A DNA stretch of 51,138 bases, taken from the IMG/VR virus record IMGVR_UViG_3300002054_000001, positions 1 through 51,138 of that record. One strand, 5' to 3'. This stretch comes from a virus. Below the pieces are notes generated by a model, which saw nothing but the letters and a program-made list of their open reading frames with translations, did no database searches and had not been told where the DNA came from. Position 1 is the stretch's first letter. The number at the start of each line of letters is the position of its first letter. Shown piece by piece: positions 41,828-49,852 of the stretch. The position numbers and the translations under genes are program-made.

Positions 41828-44800
41828 ATGGCTTCAAGAGAACAAGTACAAGCCGATCTTCTCAATATCGGCATCAAGAATAAAGACAAGTTCGATCAGG
41901 ACGAGTTTCGTAGTCGAGCTTATGACTACGTGGCTCAAACTGGTGCGCTCACTATCGACGAGACTGATGCAATCATTGATCGAGTATACTCAGGCGGCGC
42001 AGGCAAGCCTAAGTTTCGTTTTCGTGGTGAGGAAGTAACTGAGGAGCAAGCACGCTCATACGTCAAAGACTTCGGCATAGACGCTTCTGAGATCGAGATC
42101 TCAACACCGTCAGGAGCATTTCAAGATAAATCAACCACTGCTTCACCAGTAAACCCAGAGGACTTCGGCACAGGTTCTTTGCGACAGCAGTTTGAAACAC
42201 TCAGGCAGCTAGAGTCAGAGCTAGGCAACTACAGAAATCTCATCAGTGAGTACACAAGCGACAGAGGCCCTATCCAACTGGTAGGCCGTGAAGCTGCTGA
42301 AATCAGTAGTGCAAACGCATCAATCATGTTCCTCATTGCTCAGGCATCTGGTACAGGAGCTTTGCAGGAGGCTGATCGTAAAGTTGTAGAGGATATTCTC
42401 GTGAACCCTACCAATCTCGGCGGCGCTTTCAAAACGCTCACACGAGGAGGGCGTGACGGAAATCTCGCATCTATCGACCAAGCTCAAAAGACTTTCAAGA
42501 GTCGTCTGAACTCACTCACTGGACAATCCAACGAAGATCCACTCATAACAGCAGCGAAAGCAGACCCAACATCGCAAGAAGCGAAGCTGGTAGAAAAGCT
42601 CATCGCAGATGGAAAGCTCTCAGAAACATCATTGACTGGCAGTGGTGAAGCTGGTGCAGAAGCACTGGACAACCCATCGCAGCAGCGTCGTAGAGAGGCT
42701 GTAGCTTCAATGGTAGAACCTCGTGGTGTGACTGGTATCACAGACGAGGACTTTGATGATGCAAATATCATCGCTCGTACTGGTCGCTTCCTTTCAATGG
42801 ACTCTTTCGGAGAAGGTATCGGACTCGCAATGTTCCGATGGACAAAAGAAGGTCGTGAACTTGAAAAGCGTGTGGAAGCAGGCGATCAAGCTGCTATCGA
42901 ACAATATGCGGCTCTTTATGATACTGATGCGCCTGGAGCAAAGCAGATCGTAGCATCAGCAGCCCTCACAGGCGTGAACGCTGTAGCTGGTGGTATCCTC
43001 AAAGGTGGCCAAGCAGTCAAAGGCGCTGCTGGCAAGAGCTTCTCAGCAATCAGAAACACTCTCGGCGGCATCAACAAGAAGGGCGCTGCTACAATCGGTG
43101 CAGTAGAAGGAGGACTCGGATCAGTCGAAGATGGAAATGATCTTTTTTCATATGAAACAGCTCTATCGACAGGACTCGGAGCTGGTTTGGGTGTTGGTGT
43201 AAAAGTAGGACTCGATCGTGCAATGCAGCACCTTATGACTCGAAAGATGGCCAGGGAGAGCTTGCAGGAGCTTGCCGAAAAAGCAGTCAGAGGTGGAGAT
43301 GATGAGACTGGTGAAGCGCTCACTGCTACAGACGTAGAGCGTCAGATCGAGGTAGAGGAAAACTTCGAGCAGCAGATGGTAGACATCGCTCAGAATGGTA
43401 CTCTCAGCGACAAGCGACTCTCAGGATATAAAATACAGGAAAGCCCAGATGGGACAGTGAAGGTAGTCCGTGATCGAGTAGCTGAAAAGGCAGAGAAGCT
43501 CGGCATTGCTCCTTCTCATGTTGCTCTCCTCAACAATGCAAGCGACGCAGATCAGTCAGATCTACGAGGCGCTCTCGCATACATGCGCAGGAAGCAACAA
43601 GACCCTAATACTGGAGTCAAGGAAGGTGTGGACATCTATGCACCAGCAGGTCAAAGGATCGCAGCGCAGGAGAAGTACATCAATGACAGGATGAGTGAGT
43701 CTTTCAAAGAACTCGACAAGATCGCAGAGGGACTCAAAGACGAGCCACTACCAGACATCACAGGTATCGGCCAGAAGATTGATGACGACATGTCTAGCAA
43801 TGAGATGTCTTTCGACGACAACGGAAACATCACATTTATCGGCAGTGATCTCGATGGCGCAAGTCCAAAAGCAATGAACCTCGTATACGAGAAGATCATC
43901 AAGGCTCGAAATGCTCACGACCTCCACAAGATCAAGCGCTTTATCGACAAACAGATCTCTACTGGACTCGGCACACAGACTCTCACAGGCGATGTGAAGG
44001 GTATCCTTTCTGGTTGGCGCAGAAGCATCGACGATACACTCGATAAACAGTATCTCGACTACAACAACGTAAATAAGACATTGCACAGTGGATACAAAGC
44101 CAAAGAAGCTCTCATGAGCGCAGTCGGCAAGTCTTTCAATGACATCGCAGATCCATACAAAGACATCCGTCTCGGAAAACTCGCTATGCAGTTCTTGACT
44201 GACAACGTAGCCGCTCCAAAGGCTATGACTGCCGTCTCAACAATCCAAGACACTGCTGAGGCAATGGGTATGAAGATCGAAGGTGACACAATCAACCTCG
44301 TGAACGGACTCTATGCTATCCGTGAAGCCTTCCCAGAGGTAAAGGTCGAAGGACTCGCTGGAAAGGTCAAGAAGGGTATTGTAGATGCTGACGCTGCTGC
44401 TGGAGTAGCTGGTGCAGCCGCAGATGTAGCCACTGGCGTACCGCTCCGATCAGGACTAGCTCTCGGACGCAGAGCAATCAAGTTCTTCACACGTAAAAAT
44501 GCTGATGGTTTCTATGAGAAGCAGCAAGAGGCTATCGAGAACCTTCTCAAAGATCGTGATGTAAAGAAGGGCGCACTCGGACGAGCTGCTGGCGCTGCTG
44601 GAAGTGCAGCATCAAAAATCAAAGAGCAAGCAGGCAAGAAGACTCTCAAAGGACACATCAACTTCGGAGCTGATCGTATCGGCAATGATGAGGTACTGAG
44701 TAAACCTGGTATCACTGACGAGAAGGTGACGGAGTTCTCTCGCATCATGGACTCAGATCAAATACAAACTCTCAAAAACTATGCAGCCACGAAAGCTGAT

Positions 44801-46255
44801 GGTGGGCTTCCGAGTCTCCGAGAAAGTCAGAAGGTAGCAGACATCATCGACCAGTTCGATCCAGGTGAGAAGGCTACTGACGCAGAAATCGACACACTCG
44901 CAGAGCGACTCGCTGACGAGCGCAATACTGATATTCAGGAAAACATTGATGAAGCTGCTCCTGGCGGTGATGATGTGCCAGTAACCGACAAAAATGGCTC
45001 GAACCTGGAAGACCAGCAAGGGCGCACTCCGCAGGTAGATGAGGATGGATACATAACGCTCTATCACTCAACATCACGAGATGCAGCAAACAAGATCATC
45101 GAAGAAGGTTTTGGAGAAGGCTCTGAAAGAGGAAAGGTATTTTTCAGCACAAGCCGTGAAAGGACGCTAGAAGCAAGTCCTAATACTGGCGAGGTAGTTC
45201 TATCAGCAAAGGTCAAGCCTGATACCGTGGAAATCGACGACGCTTTTGATGATGCTATAGATGTGCAGGGTAACTATCAAGAGATCAACGACTCATCGAA
45301 GGACATTGCCATAGTGGAAGAAGTATCGGAAGAAATCACTGATGAGATCAAGATCGACGGCATCAATGAGGAGCTGGATCAGTTCACTGCCGCACAGGAG
45401 CGCTTCGAGGCAAAGCAGGTAGATGCAGACTACAAGAAAAAAGTGAAAAAGATCACCTTTGATCTTGCAGGACTACAGAAACCACTCGACTTCTTCGAGT
45501 CAAAGCCAAAGATGAACGACTTTGAAAAAGAGGTGCTGAAAAATACCACTTTCAGGTTCACTACCGCTATCAGTGACGGCACAAACGGCCGCTACTCTGC
45601 TCACACAAATAAGATCTCTCTCAATAGGAAGATGTACAAGCCAGACTTTGATTCAGTGCTTTACCATGAAATCGGACACTCAATCGACTACAACAGGTCA
45701 GGTGTAGCGCAAGGCATGGGACTATTGAAGATAATCGACAATGGTATGGAGTTCGTAGAGAACAAGAATGTCTCACTCCTCAGCTCGAAGCCAGAGTTTA
45801 TCGAAGCGATGAAGTCAAACACAGAAAATGGACACGATGAGATGACAAACATCCTCGGAAATCGTATCAGGCGTATCACACGAAACACTGAGAAGATCAG
45901 TGATATAGAAGATAACGCTGAGATCATCAAGGCATACGACGATCTAGGAGGACGATCAAATCGTAAGTTCATGCGATACCTCAAATCATACAAAGAGATG
46001 TTTGCTGACGCATACGGACAGTACCGAACCAACGAAAACTTCTCAGAATATGCTCCAAAGATGGCTGAGTATTTTGAAAACATCGACAAGCAGAAGATCC
46101 CAGAGAATAGTGAGATAAGTAAGGAGTCACTGACTAGAGATAGAAATGAGCTACTTGTATTCGCAAGTAAGTTCAGCGATCGTATCAGTAAAAGTACGCA
46201 GGAGATCATTGATAAATCAGTCGATAACTATAATCAACTAATCAAAGAGCTATGA
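41828..46255 (+). CDS. giant (1475 aa) polyvalent internal/ejection-type virion protein with C-terminal ART-like and HExxH zincin-like modules
   Basis: Gly-zipper segment GLGAGLGVGVKVGL. ITLYHSTSRDAANKIIEEGF...GKVFFSTS (His codon at 45065). LYHEIGHSIDY (45665-45679), later KEMFADAYGQY. Confidence 0.65.
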   Translation: MASREQVQADLLNIGIKNKDKFDQDEFRSRAYDYVAQTGALTIDETDAIIDRVYSGGAGKPKFRFRGEEVTEEQARSYVKDFGIDASEIEISTPSGAFQDKSTTASPVNPEDFGTGSLRQQFETLRQLESELGNYRNLISEYTSDRGPIQLVGREAAEISSANASIMFLIAQASGTGALQEADRKVVEDILVNPTNLGGAFKTLTRGGRDGNLASIDQAQKTFKSRLNSLTGQSNEDPLITAAKADPTSQEAKLVEKLIADGKLSETSLTGSGEAGAEALDNPSQQRRREAVASMVEPRGVTGITDEDFDDANIIARTGRFLSMDSFGEGIGLAMFRWTKEGRELEKRVEAGDQAAIEQYAALYDTDAPGAKQIVASAALTGVNAVAGGILKGGQAVKGAAGKSFSAIRNTLGGINKKGAATIGAVEGGLGSVEDGNDLFSYETALSTGLGAGLGVGVKVGLDRAMQHLMTRKMARESLQELAEKAVRGGDDETGEALTATDVERQIEVEENFEQQMVDIAQNGTLSDKRLSGYKIQESPDGTVKVVRDRVAEKAEKLGIAPSHVALLNNASDADQSDLRGALAYMRRKQQDPNTGVKEGVDIYAPAGQRIAAQEKYINDRMSESFKELDKIAEGLKDEPLPDITGIGQKIDDDMSSNEMSFDDNGNITFIGSDLDGASPKAMNLVYEKIIKARNAHDLHKIKRFIDKQISTGLGTQTLTGDVKGILSGWRRSIDDTLDKQYLDYNNVNKTLHSGYKAKEALMSAVGKSFNDIADPYKDIRLGKLAMQFLTDNVAAPKAMTAVSTIQDTAEAMGMKIEGDTINLVNGLYAIREAFPEVKVEGLAGKVKKGIVDADAAAGVAGAAADVATGVPLRSGLALGRRAIKFFTRKNADGFYEKQQEAIENLLKDRDVKKGALGRAAGAAGSAASKIKEQAGKKTLKGHINFGADRIGNDEVLSKPGITDEKVTEFSRIMDSDQIQTLKNYAATKADGGLPSLRESQKVADIIDQFDPGEKATDAEIDTLAERLADERNTDIQENIDEAAPGGDDVPVTDKNGSNLEDQQGRTPQVDEDGYITLYHSTSRDAANKIIEEGFGEGSERGKVFFSTSRERTLEASPNTGEVVLSAKVKPDTVEIDDAFDDAIDVQGNYQEINDSSKDIAIVEEVSEEITDEIKIDGINEELDQFTAAQERFEAKQVDADYKKKVKKITFDLAGLQKPLDFFESKPKMNDFEKEVLKNTTFRFTTAISDGTNGRYSAHTNKISLNRKMYKPDFDSVLYHEIGHSIDYNRSGVAQGMGLLKIIDNGMEFVENKNVSLLSSKPEFIEAMKSNTENGHDEMTNILGNRIRRITRNTEKISDIEDNAEIIKAYDDLGGRSNRKFMRYLKSYKEMFADAYGQYRTNENFSEYAPKMAEYFENIDKQKIPENSEISKESLTRDRNELLVFASKFSDRISKSTQEIIDKSVDNYNQLIKEL

Positions 46256-46386
46256 TCGAAGACTACTTTTTGACAAAGACTGATGACGAGTCAGTTCAGG
46301 CAGTGGCCGATGATAGAGGCATTGATCTCGAAGAACCAAATATGTTCGAGGATGCCTCTGAGGAAGATGACGATAATCAATCATAA
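46252..46386 (+). CDS. 44-aa highly acidic peptide; not in the track
   Basis: ATGA coupling to the giant gene. Contains EEPNMFEDASEEDDDNQS. Confidence 0.4.
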   Translation: MIEDYFLTKTDDESVQAVADDRGIDLEEPNMFEDASEEDDDNQS

Positions 46387-46395
46387 TATAAAAAT

Positions 46396-46779
46396 ATGGC
46401 TCACAAATACAGCTTCATGGTATATCTCATGCAAAGCGGTTGCGGAGATTGTACGATGACAAAGGAGTATGTAAAAGACTTTGTAAAGGCCACTGGCAAG
46501 AGTGTCCTCATGCGATACATAGTACCAGCACATAACGAGAAGATCCTACCATGCTCAAATTGCAAGAGTGTGGATGACAGGTGTAATGACTGTATCGCCT
46601 ACAACAATGGCGTGAAGCACTATCTCGAACTGATAAAGGTAGTAGGACACGGCACTTTCCCAGCAATATACGACTTTGAGCAGCATAAGGTAAAGGTAGG
46701 AAAGGACAATATCAGAGAGCTACTCGAATACTACTCGAAAGAAGACCTCCGAGCAGGTAAATATACTTTACCCAAATAG
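46396..46779 (+). CDS. thioredoxin-fold protein with CGDC plus two further CxxC motifs
   Basis: FMVYLMQSGCGDCTMTKEYVKDF (strand, CxxC, helix) and GTFPAIYDF (cis-Pro-loop position). Insertion CSNC...CNDC. Confidence 0.55.
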   Translation: MAHKYSFMVYLMQSGCGDCTMTKEYVKDFVKATGKSVLMRYIVPAHNEKILPCSNCKSVDDRCNDCIAYNNGVKHYLELIKVVGHGTFPAIYDFEQHKVKVGKDNIRELLEYYSKEDLRAGKYTLPK

Positions 46780-46787
46780 ATGAGGTG

Positions 46788-46796
46788 TGGTACAAT
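46788..46796 (+). promoter_or_regulatory. extended -10 promoter TGGTACAAT
   Basis: TGnTACAAT in the gap before the 46858 fibre gene. A second TATAAT lies at 46843-46848. Confidence 0.4.
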
Positions 46797-46857
46797 ATAA
46801 CCAACAATATGGCAGGCGTTCAATTTCTTGTGTCATAGTATTTATAATATCAATACT

Positions 46858-49500
46858 ATGAGTGAAAAAGGCATCAGTGGACATGGCGGAGTGCGTAAAT
46901 ATCAACACATTCTCCCACGGCCCATTTTTGACGAAACGAATTGTGAGTGCATCGGTATTCACTTTCCTTACTTCACCTGTGAAAAAGACATTTATTTCAG
47001 CGATCTTACTCCTGAAAGACTATGTGAGCTTTTGCAGGGCTTTGCTGAGGATGGTGTATCTGTCACTGGCGATAGAGTTTTGTCTCTAAACGCAGACGGC
47101 ACATGTACCATCAAGACATTGAACTACACTGTAGACATCAATGTAGCGAACATCGGCTACGACCCTGTAACTAAAGAGATCATTGTCACTGAGACTGACA
47201 ATACTGAACATCGAGAGTCACTTCTCGACCTTTTGTGTTGCACGATTGTGAACGATGTGACAGCTCAGAACTGTCCAAACCCACTCCCATCAGCTCCTTC
47301 TACAGTGCCGAACCCACTGCCGACTGCTGGAAGTGTCTTTATCGACGCATACAAAGACTGTACGCTCTACTTCACGCTCAATACTGACGGATCATACGAT
47401 GTCGTTGCAAAGCGTGACTGCTGCGTAACTGGTGACGAAGTAGGCAATACAGACTTTGATACCACTGGAGATCCAGCTACAGGTATCACGAACTACGTGA
47501 ACACCAATAACATCACAAACAAGATCATCAAGTATGTCGGAAATGGCACAGCAAGTGATCCTGACTATGTATGGTATGTAGACTCAGAAGGTGTTGTACT
47601 AAACATCGAAAGCCCATCACCAGAAGAAGAATGTTGCCCTGAGACATCAGAGATCCCAGCGACAGCTTTTGGAGATGCGAATGCGCCAACAATCAACGAT
47701 GTGCAGACATGGATCACAGAGCAGAATATCACTGCGCCTGCACTTCTATACCTTATTGGAGATGGAACTGACGAAGACCCTGACTGGGTGTGGAACGTAA
47801 GTCATGACGGCATCATCACAAATATAGAAAGCCCTGCTGCTGCCGAAACTCCACAAGATTACCCAGAATACACAGTCGTACCAGCAGGAGATGTAGACGA
47901 CAATGATGTAAATGGTAGCGTTGCCACATTCGTGGGAGCAGGAAACATCACCAACGAGTTCATCTATGTCATTGGAGATGGCACAGAAGCAGATCCTGAC
48001 TACGTGTACTACGTCACTGAGACTGGTGTTATCAAAAACATCGAGTCACCTGTCTGTGATCGTCGCTACGGCTTCGTAGGCGAACACTGCTACACTGACG
48101 GACTTACATGTGACAAGCTCTCTACAGAGGTAGTCTTCCGTGAGGACTTCGAGACTCCATCTGATGCAAACCAAAACAGTGGTATGGGTAACTTCCTCGG
48201 AAGCGATCTAGACATTTCTGTAGAAGGTCAGCCACCATACTGGGGACAGATGTATGCTGAGGGTATCTACCGTGTCTACTCTGCTGGATATGTACCAGTC
48301 GGAGGCCCAGACCCAGAGATCCACTTCAACTGGCTCGACTACGCACCGTTCTCTAGCGGATATGCTTCTTTCAATCTTGAACCAGCAGCAGGTGTCGCAG
48401 GTGATCGTATGGCATACGCAAACGTAGATGTCGAAGCAGGTCAGTGCTACACAGTACGCATGAAAGCCAAAGATACTCATACACAAGCAGTCATTGATGC
48501 AAACGGCATCAGTCTCTCAGACATCGGACTCATGGTAGACGGTGTAATCGTAGGAACAACTGGCCCTATCGGAGCAGGTACACAGACTGATGATGCGAAG
48601 GTATACGACGCTACATTTATGGCGACTGCTGATGCAACTGTAGAGTTCGCACTCATCTCAAACAACGCTGACACAAACGGTAATGACGTATTTATCGACT
48701 GGGTAGAAATCGTCAAATCAAAGCAGATCGACAACTGTGAAAAAGGAACGTACCGATACGACCTAGAGTGTGGTGGTGTCATCATCCCAGGAACACAAGT
48801 ACCTGTGGACAAAGACGGAAATCTCTTTACGACTCCTCCAACTCCATGTGAGTGTCCTGACGATCAGGTAGACGTATCTCAGGTATCAATCAATGCAGCA
48901 GGTGTACCAACGCACAAAGCAAACGATGTATCAACATTGATGCCAGCTGTAACGTACATCAAGCGTGTTCACACAGAAAATGCAAACCACTACATCTCTG
49001 GCCCAGACCTCGTAGCATCAAGCACTCCAATCGGATCTACATACTCTGGTTATCAGGCAGACGAAAATGTGACTGGACTCTCAGTACCATTCCCAAGCCC
49101 AGACGGCTATGTATGGATCGTAGAGTGTGTCGCTCACTACCTTGCGCCAAACAACAACGAAGAAATGCACACAGAAGATCTGCGTTTCGGTATCACTCCA
49201 ATCTTTGAGGGCAGCAAGTTCACATTTCCAAACACTACTGACACTGACTCAGGTGGTAACGCAATCTTCTTTGACTCAGATCAGACGAAGATGCTACCAG
49301 CAGGAAATGTCGTAGGTGTGGACAACACAACCACTGGAAAGTTCCTCATACCAAAAAATGTCGAAGATAATCATAGTATCGGTGTTCGTGTCGCAGTGGG
49401 TGTAAGCGATGGGAAAGCGATGCCAAACTTCGACATCTTGTTCATCGAGGTTCACAACGTAGTGGAGTACAAACTAATCCGTGAGAACTTCTCATTTTAA
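46858..49500 (+). CDS. tail fibre / receptor-binding protein with three tandem repeats of about 45 aa and a C-terminal carbohydrate-binding-like jelly-roll (880 aa from ATG 46858)
   Basis: Repeats ending ...G[DN]GT..DPD[YW]V[WY].V...G....NIESP at 47488-47616, 47692-47835 and 47908-48051. C-terminal FREDFE...GQCYTVRMKAKD...VFIDWVEIVK. Confidence 0.7.
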   Translation: MSEKGISGHGGVRKYQHILPRPIFDETNCECIGIHFPYFTCEKDIYFSDLTPERLCELLQGFAEDGVSVTGDRVLSLNADGTCTIKTLNYTVDINVANIGYDPVTKEIIVTETDNTEHRESLLDLLCCTIVNDVTAQNCPNPLPSAPSTVPNPLPTAGSVFIDAYKDCTLYFTLNTDGSYDVVAKRDCCVTGDEVGNTDFDTTGDPATGITNYVNTNNITNKIIKYVGNGTASDPDYVWYVDSEGVVLNIESPSPEEECCPETSEIPATAFGDANAPTINDVQTWITEQNITAPALLYLIGDGTDEDPDWVWNVSHDGIITNIESPAAAETPQDYPEYTVVPAGDVDDNDVNGSVATFVGAGNITNEFIYVIGDGTEADPDYVYYVTETGVIKNIESPVCDRRYGFVGEHCYTDGLTCDKLSTEVVFREDFETPSDANQNSGMGNFLGSDLDISVEGQPPYWGQMYAEGIYRVYSAGYVPVGGPDPEIHFNWLDYAPFSSGYASFNLEPAAGVAGDRMAYANVDVEAGQCYTVRMKAKDTHTQAVIDANGISLSDIGLMVDGVIVGTTGPIGAGTQTDDAKVYDATFMATADATVEFALISNNADTNGNDVFIDWVEIVKSKQIDNCEKGTYRYDLECGGVIIPGTQVPVDKDGNLFTTPPTPCECPDDQVDVSQVSINAAGVPTHKANDVSTLMPAVTYIKRVHTENANHYISGPDLVASSTPIGSTYSGYQADENVTGLSVPFPSPDGYVWIVECVAHYLAPNNNEEMHTEDLRFGITPIFEGSKFTFPNTTDTDSGGNAIFFDSDQTKMLPAGNVVGVDNTTTGKFLIPKNVEDNHSIGVRVAVGVSDGKAMPNFDILFIEVHNVVEYKLIRENFSF

Positions 49501-49509
49501 TCAAAACCT

Positions 49510-49848
49510 ATGGAAGCAACACTCAAAAACGGCATGTACGATGTAACCCACAAGGGTGAGCTAGTCGCTCGTGTCAAAGAAAAGCCTACAGAGGCAGAGA
49601 TCGAGGAGGGTAACAAAGTCCTTGCGATACGTGATAAGAAACGTGAAGCTCGTGCTGATAAGGTCGCAGCCTTTCGGAAGAAGCGCATGGAAGAAAAGCG
49701 CAAGGCTGAACAGGTCATCGAGCCTGAAAAGCCTGAGACTCCAACGAGGCCAGTACCAGCAGAAAATCCAAAAGTAGAAGAAGCAGTGCCAGTCGAAAAG
49801 GCACAGCCAGTGACTCCGACCAAGACCGCAGTAACAAATGTAAAATAA
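49510..49848 (+). CDS. Lys/Glu/Pro-rich small protein (112 aa)
   Basis: ORF between two fibre genes. Confidence 0.55.
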   Translation: MEATLKNGMYDVTHKGELVARVKEKPTEAEIEEGNKVLAIRDKKREARADKVAAFRKKRMEEKRKAEQVIEPEKPETPTRPVPAENPKVEEAVPVEKAQPVTPTKTAVTNVK

Positions 49849-49852
49849 AACT

